Source: Methanocaldococcus sp. 16A
Lineage (GTDB): Archaea; AGJL01; Methanococci; Methanococcales; Methanocaldococcaceae
Direction: 5' to 3' (one strand)
NCBI GenBank assembly: GCA_049860595.1
Contig: CP187551.1
DNA length: 64,000 nucleotides
A model generated the notes under the pieces. It was not told where the DNA came from. It worked only from the letters and a program-made list of their open reading frames with translations, and ran no database searches. Positions 10,622-20,402 of the stretch are shown one piece after another (positions within the stretch are counted from its first letter, which is position 1; every line of letters starts with the position of its first letter). The translations under genes were made by a program, and so were the position numbers.

Positions 10622-11773
10622 ATGATCAAATTAGAGATTGATAAGAGGGCATATAATTCAATAAAAAATTTTTCAAGATTGGTTTATACTAAAGCAATAA
10701 AAAACAAAGAAGATTTACCAAAAAAAGAGGAGATAGTTATTCTAACATATAATGGAAAATTCGTTGCTAAAGCTTTATACAATCCAAAATCAGTAATTTT
10801 AAAGATTTTAACCCGTGAAAATGAAGAAATTGATTATAATTTCTTCTACAAAAGAATATTTAATGCAAAAATTTATAGAGAAGATATTTTAAATTATAAA
10901 AACACTTACAGATGGATTTATGCTGAAGGGGATGAACTACCAACAATAATATTTGATAAATATAATGAGATAGGGGCTATGCAGTTGATGTCAAAGCTTA
11001 TTGAAAAGGAGTATTTAAAAGATATTGTTGATATTTTATTTGAATTATCTGACTTAGAAACAATATATGTAAAGAGAGGAAAGAAAGGAGCTCCTCTTAA
11101 AAATAAAATTTTTGGAAATAAAGAGAAATTTGAAACAATTATTAAAGAGGGAGAGGCTAAATTTAAAGTAAATGTTAAAGGGCATAAAACAGGATTTTTC
11201 TTAGACCAGCGAGAAAATAGATTAGAGATAGAGAAATTTGTAAAAGAAGGAGATAAAGTTTTAGATATTTGCTGTTACACTGGAGGATTTTCAGTTCATT
11301 GTGCTTTAAAAGGGGCTGAGGTTGTAGGAGTAGATTTATCTAAAAAGGCATTAGAAACTGCTGAAGAAAATATGGACCTAAACAATATTCCAAAAGATAG
11401 GTATGAGTTTATTGAAGGGAATGCATTTGAAGTTATGAAAGAGTTTATAGAAGAGGGAGAGAAGTTTGATATAGTAATTTTAGACCCCCCAGCATTTACA
11501 CAAACTGAAGAAGATATAAAAAATGCTTTGAGAGCTTATGCCTCTCTAAATTATTTAGGAATAAAATTAGCTAAAAGGATATTTGTCACTTGTTCTTGCT
11601 CTCATCATGTAGATAAGGAAATGTTTAAAAGAACAGTTATATCATCAGCTTTTAGAGCAAAAAAAGAGTTAATTATGATTGATTATAAAGGGCAAGCTCC
11701 AGACCATCCAATATCTATAGGAAACAAAAATCTTGAATATTTAAAGTGTATCTTTTTTTATGTTAAAGGTTAA
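10622..11773 (+). CDS. Second RlmI-like SAM-dependent rRNA methyltransferase
   Basis: GHKTGFFLDQRENR, LDICCYTGGFS, DPPAF, TCSCS; paralog of 1855-3012; start moved to ATG after GGTGG. Confidence 0.9.
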   Translation: MIKLEIDKRAYNSIKNFSRLVYTKAIKNKEDLPKKEEIVILTYNGKFVAKALYNPKSVILKILTRENEEIDYNFFYKRIFNAKIYREDILNYKNTYRWIYAEGDELPTIIFDKYNEIGAMQLMSKLIEKEYLKDIVDILFELSDLETIYVKRGKKGAPLKNKIFGNKEKFETIIKEGEAKFKVNVKGHKTGFFLDQRENRLEIEKFVKEGDKVLDICCYTGGFSVHCALKGAEVVGVDLSKKALETAEENMDLNNIPKDRYEFIEGNAFEVMKEFIEEGEKFDIVILDPPAFTQTEEDIKNALRAYASLNYLGIKLAKRIFVTCSCSHHVDKEMFKRTVISSAFRAKKELIMIDYKGQAPDHPISIGNKNLEYLKCIFFYVKG

Positions 11774-12462
11774 AGTTTTTTAGCATAATCAATCATTCCT
11801 TTAAACATCTTCAACCCATCATCTGAGCCGAGTATTTTTTCACTTGCTCTTTCTGGATGTGGCATTAATAAAACACAATTTTGGTTTTCATTACAAACTC
11901 CAGCTATATTGTCAATAGAGCCATTTGGATTAGCTTCCTCTGTTATCTCTCCTGTCTCATCACAATATTTGAAAACAATCATATTATTTTTATACATATA
12001 GTCGAGTGTTTCATCATCAGCGTAAAATCTTCCCTCAGCGTGGGCAATAGGTATTTTTAAAATGTCTCCTTTTTTATAATACTGTGTAAATGGTGTTTTG
12101 TTATTTTCAACTCTAATATAAACCCATTTACAAATAAATCTTGAATTTAAGTTGTTTGTTAAAACTCCTTTAGAAAATCCTGCCTCTAAACCAATTTGAG
12201 CTCCATTACATATTCCTAAAACTGGTTTTCCCTCTTCAACCATCTTTTTTAGCCCTTTAATTATTGGTGTTCTTGCACTTATAGCTCCAGCTCTCAAATA
12301 ATCTCCATAAGAGAATCCTCCAGGAATAACTGCTCCACTATAGTTGTCTAAGTTATCTTGAGTGAAAAAAACAAGCTCAGGAATTCCACCAGCTAATTTA
12401 ACTGCATGACATACATCTAAATCACAATTAGTCCCTAAGAATTTTGTTACTGCTATTCTCAT
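11770..12462 (-). CDS. purQ: Phosphoribosylformylglycinamidine synthase subunit PurQ
   Basis: GGFSYGDYLRAG, LGICNG, AHAEG, MPHPER. Confidence 0.96.
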   Translation of the reverse strand: MRIAVTKFLGTNCDLDVCHAVKLAGGIPELVFFTQDNLDNYSGAVIPGGFSYGDYLRAGAISARTPIIKGLKKMVEEGKPVLGICNGAQIGLEAGFSKGVLTNNLNSRFICKWVYIRVENNKTPFTQYYKKGDILKIPIAHAEGRFYADDETLDYMYKNNMIVFKYCDETGEITEEANPNGSIDNIAGVCNENQNCVLLMPHPERASEKILGSDDGLKMFKGMIDYAKKL

Positions 12463-12482
12463 ATTAATCTCCTCTGCTTTTT

Positions 12483-12776
12483 CTACTTTAATTCAGATGA
12501 TATTACATTTAACATCTCCTTAATTAATATTGGCATTTTATCAGTTCTTTCACTAAGCTCTATAATCTTTCTCTTTAACCTTTCATCATCACACTGCTTA
12601 ATATCTCTTGCTTTAATAGTTTTTCTACCTTCTTTTCTTGCATTTTGTTCAGCTACTTCAGTTGTTATTTTTATAATTTCTTCGAGCATTTTACAGAGTT
12701 CATCGACAGCTTCTGCAGAGATATTAAAGCTTGTATGTTGTTTCATTATCCTCTTTACTGTAGCTTTTGGTAACAT
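12483..12776 (-). CDS. Archaeal histone with C-terminal extension (MJ1647-type)
   Basis: LPKATVKRIMK...GRKTIKARDI histone fold plus ~30 aa tail; start moved to MLPK. Confidence 0.85.
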   Translation of the reverse strand: MLPKATVKRIMKQHTSFNISAEAVDELCKMLEEIIKITTEVAEQNARKEGRKTIKARDIKQCDDERLKRKIIELSERTDKMPILIKEMLNVISSELK

Positions 12777-12831
12777 AATAGCCCTCCAAATTTTTAGAAT
12801 AAAAAAATAAAGATAAAACAAATAAATTTAT

Positions 12832-13464
12832 TTATTCTTTATTTATATGTTCTACATTTACAACTCCTACTCTAATCAATGGAATTAATGGTATTCCTTC
12901 AATTTCATCCAATCCACTTTTATCTATCAATACAACAATTAATTTTGGGCTACAAATTTCTTTTAACTTCTTTATGCACTCTTTTAAGGTGCTTCCACTT
13001 GTTACAACGTCATCTATGATAACAGCCCTCTTGTAATTTACAGCAGAGAAGTTTTGTGAAATTGAACCAGTTATCTTTTTCCCTTCTTCAGATATATGTT
13101 TTTTTGGTATATAGATAGTTAGCTCCTTCCCTAACTCAGAAGCTACTAAGGTAGCTATAGGAACACCACTTGTAGAGACTCCAACAACGGTATCAAACTC
13201 AATATTCCTACTTTTTAAGATATCAACTATTATTGAGCTTATGCATTTTAACCTATTTGCTGAACTACCAATATTTTTCCAATCAATGAATATATCCACA
13301 TTTTTAAGTTTCATAGTTTTTTCTTCCTCTTTTAATAGTTTTTCAGCATTTAAAACTAAATATCTTGCTGTTTCCATTGATACATTGAGTTCTTCAGCAA
13401 TCTCTCCAATTGTAAGCCCATTGTTTTTTAGCTCTATAACCTTATTTAATAATTCTTTATTCAT
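12832..13464 (-). CDS. gfcR: HTH + orotate-PRTase-like regulator (GfcR/PyrE-like)
   Basis: N-terminal GLTIGEIAEELNVS..TARYL HTH; VIIDDVVTSG PRTase loop. Confidence 0.75.
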   Translation of the reverse strand: MNKELLNKVIELKNNGLTIGEIAEELNVSMETARYLVLNAEKLLKEEEKTMKLKNVDIFIDWKNIGSSANRLKCISSIIVDILKSRNIEFDTVVGVSTSGVPIATLVASELGKELTIYIPKKHISEEGKKITGSISQNFSAVNYKRAVIIDDVVTSGSTLKECIKKLKEICSPKLIVVLIDKSGLDEIEGIPLIPLIRVGVVNVEHINKE

Positions 13465-13497
13465 AATCTCCCTCATTAAAATTTTTATATAATAAAC

Positions 13498-14229
13498 TTA
13501 TAATATCCCCAAATACTTATGCATTTGTATTGTTAGCATAACATTATCTTTCAAATACTCTCCACAAGCTTCCATAATTTCAAACAATTTCTTTTGAGAA
13601 GGAGATTTTATATTTCCATGAGGTGTTACTGGTTGAATGCATAAAGTTATATTACCTATATCACTCAAATCCTTTGCTATTATTTTTACATCCTCTATAT
13701 CTGTTTTTTCCATTATAACAACCTTTGCATAGACATCGGAATTTAAATTATACAGCTTTTTTATTGTTTTAAGCTCATTTTTGTAGAGCTTTTCATAATC
13801 TTCATCTTTTATATGCCCAAAATGTTCCCTCAGCTTTATGTCAATAGATGCAATATCAAAATAAAAAACTTTTTCTGGAAACATCCCATTGCTCTCTAAA
13901 AATGTTCTATATCCTTTATCTTTTAAAATTTCAACGATTTCTTTTATTTGTTTGTGATATAATAGAGGCTCTCCTCCTGTAAAGGATACTGCAAATAAAT
14001 CTGGTGTTTTTAATTTGTCTATAGCATTTATTACATCTTCAATCTCCATATTTTGTAAAGTTTCAAATTCTCCACTGCCTGGGATTTTTTCCACCCTATT
14101 AAAATATTCTTTGCTCATCTCATCACAATAAATACAATTTAATGGACATCCAGCAAATCTTACAAATATAAACCTTCTTCCAATATACTTTCCCTCTCCC
14201 ATTATTGAGCTAAAAATTTCCCTTATCAT
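13498..14229 (-). CDS. queE: 7-carboxy-7-deazaguanine synthase (radical SAM)
   Basis: EIFSSIMGEG, FVRFAGCPLNCIYCD, TGGEP, QMHK. Confidence 0.9.
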   Translation of the reverse strand: MIREIFSSIMGEGKYIGRRFIFVRFAGCPLNCIYCDEMSKEYFNRVEKIPGSGEFETLQNMEIEDVINAIDKLKTPDLFAVSFTGGEPLLYHKQIKEIVEILKDKGYRTFLESNGMFPEKVFYFDIASIDIKLREHFGHIKDEDYEKLYKNELKTIKKLYNLNSDVYAKVVIMEKTDIEDVKIIAKDLSDIGNITLCIQPVTPHGNIKSPSQKKLFEIMEACGEYLKDNVMLTIQMHKYLGIL

Positions 14230-14256
14230 TTTTATCTCTCCATTTTGAACTTTTTG

Positions 14257-14295
14257 TTATAACCTAATACCTACAACCTTACTTAAACCGTTCTC
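14257..14295 (-). repeat. 39-bp diverged direct repeat of the smc 3' end (ENGLSKVVGIRL*)
   Basis: Matches 14331-14369 with five substitutions, all synonymous. Confidence 0.9.
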
Positions 14296-14297
14296 AC

Positions 14298-14322
14298 ATG
14301 AAACTTTTAGAAAAAGTTTCAT
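14298..14322. repeat. Perfect 11-bp-arm palindrome ATGAAACTTTT-AGA-AAAAGTTTCAT
   Basis: Read directly; lies between the two smc 3'-end copies. Confidence 0.85.
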
Positions 14323-14330
14323 CAAAAAAA

Positions 14331-17300
14331 TTATAATCTAATACCTACAACCTTACTCAATCCATTTTCCATATAAACTCCATAAACAACATCTGCCTTA
14401 CTAACCATCTGCTCTCTATGACTTATAACTATAAATTGGCTGTCCTTAGAGGCGTTTTTAATCATATCTGCAATTAAAGAGACATTTTTTACATCCAAGG
14501 CGGCATCAACTTCATCCAATACATAAAATGGTGAAGGATTCAACCTTTGAATGGCAAACAAAAATGCTAAAGCTGTTAAACTCTTTTCTCCTCCACTCAT
14601 AGCATCTAAACTTAAAAGCTTTTTACCTCTTGGAGAAGCATCTATCAAAATACCCCCCTCAAATGGATTTTTCTCATTTTCTAAGCTTAGCTTTCCAATT
14701 CCCCCAATCTCTTTATACACTTCCTCAAAGTTCTTAGCTATCTTGTTAAAAACTTCCATAAAGACTTCTTTCTTTTTATTTTCAAGCTCTTCCATCAATT
14801 GGATATATTTTTCCTCATCTCTCTCATATTCTTTTCTTTTTTCTATAAGCTCATTATATCTCTCAGCAACATAATTATAATCTTCAATAGCCCTCATATT
14901 AACTGGCTCTAATTTTTTTATTTCATTTTCAAGCTCTCCTATGTATATCTCAAGCTCTTCAATATCTTTTTTCTCAACTTCTTCACTTATATTTACTTTT
15001 TCACATAGGTAGAGTTTTCTCTCCTCTTCCTCCAACTTACTCTCATACTTTGCCTTTTCAACCATGAGTTCATTTATTTTATTTTCAATATCCCTAATTT
15101 TTCTTAATAAGTCCTTTCTTTCTCTTTCTAAACCTTCTATTTCTTTCTCAAGTTCTTCTTTTTTTGTAGTAAGTTCTTTTAGATTTTTAGTTAGCTCTTC
15201 ATATCTCTTCCTCTTCTCCTCCAATATGGATAAATTTTTTTCAATACTCTCTTTATAGAATGAGATATTCTTTTCTAATATGGCTTTTTTATTTATTAAC
15301 TCAGAGACTTTTTTATTTAATTCTTCAATCTTTGGAATTAATATCTCTTTAACTAAAGTTAATCCTTTATCAATTTCATTTTTTAATTTAGCTTTTTCTT
15401 TTTCTAAAATTTTTAATTCATCTTCAATTTCATTCATTCTCTTTAAGTTTTCATCACTTTCATATTCCTTCAGCTCATTAATTATCTTCTCTCTTCTTTC
15501 AATTAACTCATTTATTTTATTCTCAATCCCATTAATTCTATCTAAAATTTCCTCTTTTTTAAGGTTTAGCTCTTCCAACTCATATAAAATTTCCTTATTT
15601 TTTAGCTCTAACTCTTTTATTTTCATAGTGTTCTTTTCAGCTATCTCTCTTCTTCTCATCTCATTCTTTTTAATTATTTCCAAGGTATTTTCAATCTCCA
15701 TTTTTTTGGCAGAGCTCTTCTTTATTATCTCATTTAATCTCTCAATCTCATCTTTTATATTTCTTAACTCACTCTCAATGTCTATAATTTCATCAGATAT
15801 TCTATTTAGCTTACTTAAATCAATATCGACCTTTATCTTTGCCTTACTTTTAAAAGTCCCTCCAATCATCGCCCCACTCGGCTCTATAACCTCCCCATCC
15901 AAGGTTACAAACCTTACTTTTTTATATTTTTTAGATAATTCTTTTGCTATGTCTATATTTTCAACAACTACAGTGTTTCCAAATACATATTCAAAAATCT
16001 TTTTGTATTTAAAGTCAAACTCCACCAAATCAATAGCTCTCCCAATAACTCCCTCCTCATCTATATATTCCGCTTCCCTACCTTCAATCCTATCCAATGG
16101 CAAAAATGTAGCTCTCCCAAGCTTTCTCTCTTTTAGATACTTTATAGCTCTAACAGCATCATCCATTCTCTTAACCACTATATGATTCAACCTATTCCCA
16201 GCCGCTACTTCAATGGCTGTTTTATACTCAATCTTTGTTTTTCCTAAATTTCCAACAATATCAATAACTCCTGGCAAGTTAGCATTTAAGATTTCTTTGA
16301 TAGCTCTATCCATAGATAGCTCTTCCATTTCTTTTAATGCTTTAATTCTCGCGTTTTCTTTAACATATTCAGAATGTAACTCATCTAATTTAACTTGCAA
16401 TTCTTTCTTTTTTTCTTCAAGCTCTTTAATTCTTTTCTTTGAAAACTCTATCTCAACCTTTAAGTTTTCAAGCTCTAAATACAATGGTTTAGTATCAATA
16501 TCTTCAACAGATTCAAGCTCTTCCTTTAATTTTTTAATAATCTCATTATTCTTCTCAATTTCAAAATTCTTTCTGTTTATTAAATTGTCCAAGTCATTTA
16601 ATTCTTTTTTTAGTTTATAAAGCTCATTTTGATTTTTAGCTATTTCATCTACTATTTCCATTTCAGATTTTTTTAAATTTTTTATAATATTTTCACTTTC
16701 AGAAATTATCTCTTTTAATCTTTCTTTCTCATAATTTAAGTCCTTAATTTTTTCCTCTATTTCTTTAATCTTATTTTCCTTTTCAATAATCCTATCTCTA
16801 TTCTCAATAATCTTCTTCTGAGTTTCTTCAATTTCATCCTTTTTATTCTCAATTTCATTTTCAATTTTATTTAATTCATTTATTGAGCTTTCCAAAACCT
16901 TCTTATCGTTTTCAATTTCAATTTCAAGCTCTTTAATTGATTTATGAAGCTCTAAAACTTCTTCATTACCTTTTTCATTGAGTTCATTTATAATGTTATT
17001 TAATCTCAATTTTAAACTTCCTATCTCAGCATCTATTTCTCCAACTTTTCCTAAAAATTCATTTTTAAGGTTTTCTAAGTTTTTAATGTCATTTTGAAGA
17101 TTTTCTAAGAGCATATTTAGATAATTAACTTTCTTTAATATTAAAGCGTATTTTGCTGATTTTAGCTCTTCATTTAATTTAATATATTTTTCAGCATCTT
17201 CTTTCTCTTTTTTAAGCTTCTTTAAATTGTTTTCAACCTCACTAATTCTTATATCAATCATTTCAATTAACTCTCTCGCCTTTTTTAACTCTTCCTCTGC

Positions 17301-17840
17301 CTTCTTCTTTTTTTCATCAAACTCTGCTATCCCACTAATTTCATCAATAATCTTTCTCCTTTCAATAGGTGAAATGTTGATAATTTTTAATAAATCTCCC
17401 TGTGAAATTACATTATCTCCTAAAAGTCCTAATCTTCTAAATAAATCAATAATTTCATGCTTGGCCATCTTTTTTCTCTTTTCTTTATCATTTTCTTTCC
17501 AAACTAAATAATAATCCGTCTCTCCACTAATCTTTATCCTTCTTAAAATTCCTACTCTCTCAGCGTTAATATTGAAAGCATTATTTTCATTTGAGAAATA
17601 TAAACAAACTTCAGCAAAATCTGCCCTCTTTCCATTGTGATATGTTATTAATCCACTAAACCTATTAGCTCTCAACTTTTTAGCAGAAGTTTTTCCAAGC
17701 ACAAATAAGATGGCATCAACTATATTTGATTTTCCACTTCCATTAGGTCCTACTATTGCTGTAAATCCCTTTGGAATATCCAATGATAATTTTTTAAATG
17801 ATTTGAAATTTTTTAACTCTATTTTTTCCAAAGTAACCAT
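14331..17840 (-). CDS. smc: Chromosome segregation protein SMC
   Basis: GPNGSGKSN Walker A, long coiled coils, hinge GRATFLPL, MSGGEKS, LDEVDAALD. Confidence 0.97.
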   Translation of the reverse strand: MVTLEKIELKNFKSFKKLSLDIPKGFTAIVGPNGSGKSNIVDAILFVLGKTSAKKLRANRFSGLITYHNGKRADFAEVCLYFSNENNAFNINAERVGILRRIKISGETDYYLVWKENDKEKRKKMAKHEIIDLFRRLGLLGDNVISQGDLLKIINISPIERRKIIDEISGIAEFDEKKKKAEEELKKARELIEMIDIRISEVENNLKKLKKEKEDAEKYIKLNEELKSAKYALILKKVNYLNMLLENLQNDIKNLENLKNEFLGKVGEIDAEIGSLKLRLNNIINELNEKGNEEVLELHKSIKELEIEIENDKKVLESSINELNKIENEIENKKDEIEETQKKIIENRDRIIEKENKIKEIEEKIKDLNYEKERLKEIISESENIIKNLKKSEMEIVDEIAKNQNELYKLKKELNDLDNLINRKNFEIEKNNEIIKKLKEELESVEDIDTKPLYLELENLKVEIEFSKKRIKELEEKKKELQVKLDELHSEYVKENARIKALKEMEELSMDRAIKEILNANLPGVIDIVGNLGKTKIEYKTAIEVAAGNRLNHIVVKRMDDAVRAIKYLKERKLGRATFLPLDRIEGREAEYIDEEGVIGRAIDLVEFDFKYKKIFEYVFGNTVVVENIDIAKELSKKYKKVRFVTLDGEVIEPSGAMIGGTFKSKAKIKVDIDLSKLNRISDEIIDIESELRNIKDEIERLNEIIKKSSAKKMEIENTLEIIKKNEMRRREIAEKNTMKIKELELKNKEILYELEELNLKKEEILDRINGIENKINELIERREKIINELKEYESDENLKRMNEIEDELKILEKEKAKLKNEIDKGLTLVKEILIPKIEELNKKVSELINKKAILEKNISFYKESIEKNLSILEEKRKRYEELTKNLKELTTKKEELEKEIEGLERERKDLLRKIRDIENKINELMVEKAKYESKLEEEERKLYLCEKVNISEEVEKKDIEELEIYIGELENEIKKLEPVNMRAIEDYNYVAERYNELIEKRKEYERDEEKYIQLMEELENKKKEVFMEVFNKIAKNFEEVYKEIGGIGKLSLENEKNPFEGGILIDASPRGKKLLSLDAMSGGEKSLTALAFLFAIQRLNPSPFYVLDEVDAALDVKNVSLIADMIKNASKDSQFIVISHREQMVSKADVVYGVYMENGLSKVVGIRL

Positions 17841-17923
17841 TACAACCACCATCTATTTAAAAATGTAAAAGCCCCACTTATTTTTATTTTTTGGTTTGTT
17901 GTATATAAAAAATTAAATTTTGA

Positions 17924-19027
17924 TTATATATATTCATCTAAACTTCTCTGCTTATCTAAATTCTTTATTTCATCTGGTTCTATTTTAGATGGTTTTTTGT
18001 TTAATGCTTTTCTAATTCCCTCCCTAATAACCCAAACTCCTAAGGGAATGTCATAATCTTTTTCAACAGTTCTTTTAACTATAACTGTTGCTTGCTTTCT
18101 CATTTTGTTTAATTTTTCTAAAACTGCCAATCTTGTTGCGTAATAAGCTCCTCCTGTATTTTTAGCATATCTCTTCCTCTCCTTAATCTCTGAATCAAAA
18201 ATGGTTATATTTCTATTGCTTCTATTCCAAATACATCCTGGTTTATAAGTTTCTATTAATTTAAAGCTCCAAGGCTTTGGTAAGAAATAGATTTCAAACC
18301 TATTACCCAAATAATAATTTTCAAACTTCAATGGTTCATCTAAAACTTTATAATCCCTAATTTTTTTGATGTATTCTTTTCCTATAATGTCATCAACTGC
18401 AGTTATTGCCCATCTTGTTGGAACTAATCTCTTCTCTTTTCCTAAAATTCCACAAGAAAACAATCTTGAAGCATAGATTTCATCAAATTTTTTATAAATT
18501 TTTAAAACTCCCTCAATTGAGTAATCATCAAATACTTTATCAACAATCTGTGGAATTTTCGGATTGTCATATTTTAATCTCTTTAATTCACCAACTGGTC
18601 CTATAGGAGGTATGTCATTAAAAAACGGCAATATAAGTTTTGGTTTATTATAGAATTCCACTTCAGAATCTACTGGTTTTATACTCATAGCTATTTCTTG
18701 TAGTTTTTCAACCAATGGAGTTATTTTGTATGCATTTACTTTAATTCTTGGGGAAAATAGATTTAATCTAATTTTTAATATTTCTTCTTTTTTAAATCCA
18801 TATAAATGCTCAACATCCTCAAACCCACCAACAAGCGGAGATATAGATACATTTGGATAATTAACTCTCCCAACTAAAAAAGATGCTGAACTCCCAAACA
18901 CTTCAGTTTTAATCTCTGGCAGATATTTTAAAATTTCTCTAAATTTAGATTTATAAGTATTTTGTAAAAGGGGACATGTTTGCTTTCCGCAGTAGCTTTT
19001 ACCTTTGCATTTAATGCATAAATACAT
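17924..19027 (-). CDS. nreA: Nre family PCNA-interacting DNA repair protein
   Basis: N-terminal CxxC-C-C cluster, RLVPTRWAITAVD, GGAYYA, PLGVWVIRE, C-terminal PIP box QRSLDEYI. Confidence 0.8.
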   Translation of the reverse strand: MYLCIKCKGKSYCGKQTCPLLQNTYKSKFREILKYLPEIKTEVFGSSASFLVGRVNYPNVSISPLVGGFEDVEHLYGFKKEEILKIRLNLFSPRIKVNAYKITPLVEKLQEIAMSIKPVDSEVEFYNKPKLILPFFNDIPPIGPVGELKRLKYDNPKIPQIVDKVFDDYSIEGVLKIYKKFDEIYASRLFSCGILGKEKRLVPTRWAITAVDDIIGKEYIKKIRDYKVLDEPLKFENYYLGNRFEIYFLPKPWSFKLIETYKPGCIWNRSNRNITIFDSEIKERKRYAKNTGGAYYATRLAVLEKLNKMRKQATVIVKRTVEKDYDIPLGVWVIREGIRKALNKKPSKIEPDEIKNLDKQRSLDEYI

Positions 19028-19085
19028 GTAATCCCCTAAAATAATTAATTTAAATTAATAAATATATGTTTTTATAAGATAATAA

Positions 19086-19160
19086 TGCTCCGGCCGGGAT
19101 TTGAACCCGGGTCGCGGGCTCGAAAGGCCCGCATGATTGGCCGGACTACACCACCGGAGC
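19086..19160 (-). tRNA. tRNA-Glu (TTC)
   Basis: GCTCCGG acceptor stem, anticodon arm CGGGC-CTTTCGA-GCCCG, GGTTCAAATCC T-loop; CCA not encoded. Confidence 0.96.
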
Positions 19161-19182
19161 AATCGATAAAAAATAGAAAAAT

Positions 19183-19260
19183 TGGCGGACCCGAGGGGAT
19201 TTGAACCCCCGACCCCCGGCTTAGAAGGCCGGTGCCCTATCCAGGCTAGGCTACGGGTCC
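19183..19260 (-). tRNA. tRNA-Arg (TCT)
   Basis: GGACCCG acceptor, CCGGC-CTTCTAA-GCCGG anticodon arm, GGTTCAAATCC, encoded CCA. Confidence 0.96.
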
Positions 19261-19313
19261 TCTTCAACTCAACCTTTTTGGTTTGCAAGCACTTTCTACA
19301 ATGAACTTTCTAC

Positions 19314-19330
19314 TATATATACTTTTCGTT
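19314..19330 (-). promoter_or_regulatory. BRE/TATA promoter of the tRNA-Arg/Glu pair
   Basis: Minus strand AACGAAAAGTATATATA, matching the methanococcal stable-RNA promoter pattern, ~55 bp upstream of tRNA-Arg. Confidence 0.65.
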
Positions 19331-19510
19331 TCATGATTTATAACGAATTCTAATTAAAAGAAATTTAAAAATAGCCAACCTTGATATTTTTGTTTCTAAT
19401 GTCCAAATTGCTATTAAAAATTCTAAATGACAAATTTTTTATATGAAAAATCAAATTTTAACCGTGAAATTTTAGAAAATTGGTATTAGAAAATCTAATA
19501 AGGTGAAATT

Positions 19511-20365
19511 ATGAGGAAGTTTTTTGCCTTGGTTGTGGGAATTGTAGTGTCTGCTTTACTTCTATATGGATGTACTTCCAACCAAGCTACAGAGAATCCG
19601 CAAAAAGAGGTTCCAACTTTGGTAGTTTATAGCTGTGGAGGTCCAACAGAGGCAATTCAGGAATTAAATTCTGTTTTTGAAAAAAAATATAACTGTAAAG
19701 TAGAATTCACAGGAGCTTCATCAGGAACATTGAGGAAGGCTATAGAAAATGGTGCATACTGTGATGTTTATATGCCAAGAGGAGTTAAACATGCAGAAAT
19801 TCTATTAAATAAAAGTTTGATTGAGCCAGATTTCAAAATCTACCAATTTACTGAGTGGGTGATAATAACTCCAAAAGGCAATCCGAAGAATATAACAAAG
19901 TTAGAGGATTTGTTGAGAGATGATGTTATTGTATATACAAACTCAAAAGCATCAATTCCTGAAAGTAGAGCATTAAAACCAAAAAAGGACATAATTGAGA
20001 AGATTTATGAGAAAAGTGCAAAGGACTTTGATTGCTACAGAAAGATGCTAAAAGCCGTTGTTGATGGAGAATGTGATGCTGCACTTGTTGAGAGAAGGTG
20101 TGCATATTTAGATGGAGTGAAAGGAAATGTTGAGATTATTGAGATTCCAAGAGAATATTTAAACAAAGGAGATGGTTTATTCACAATTGGTGTTTTGAAA
20201 AACTCAAAGAATAAAGATTTAGCTTACAAATATATGGAATTTGTCTTATCTGATGAAGGACAAAGCATTTTAGCAAAACATGGATTTATTCCAGTAAAAT
20301 CTGAGAAAGGACAAGAGATATTAAACAAATACTATCCTGAATACAAAGACCTTGCCCCTAAATAA
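19511..20365 (+). CDS. ModA/WtpA-like substrate-binding lipoprotein (orphan)
   Basis: Hydrophobic signal + LYGC lipobox; GASSGTL...IENGA..DVY, PKGNPKNI..LEDL, FVLSDEGQ.IL.KHGF. Confidence 0.75.
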   Translation: MRKFFALVVGIVVSALLLYGCTSNQATENPQKEVPTLVVYSCGGPTEAIQELNSVFEKKYNCKVEFTGASSGTLRKAIENGAYCDVYMPRGVKHAEILLNKSLIEPDFKIYQFTEWVIITPKGNPKNITKLEDLLRDDVIVYTNSKASIPESRALKPKKDIIEKIYEKSAKDFDCYRKMLKAVVDGECDAALVERRCAYLDGVKGNVEIIEIPREYLNKGDGLFTIGVLKNSKNKDLAYKYMEFVLSDEGQSILAKHGFIPVKSEKGQEILNKYYPEYKDLAPK

Positions 20366-20402
20366 TTACTCTACTTTTTAATTCTATTTTTGGGGTGATA
20401 GT

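Noticed and set aside
14551-17511. Several long plus-strand ORFs (up to 301 aa) antisense to smc
   Set aside because: F/S/L/I-rich mirror translations of the Lys/Glu-rich coiled coil; no RBS or motifs
19086-19260. tRNA pair as an integration site for a provirus or island
   Set aside because: No integrase and no duplicated tRNA 3' fragment found in the window
19055-19288. 77-aa minus-strand ORF
   Set aside because: It reads through the two tRNA genes
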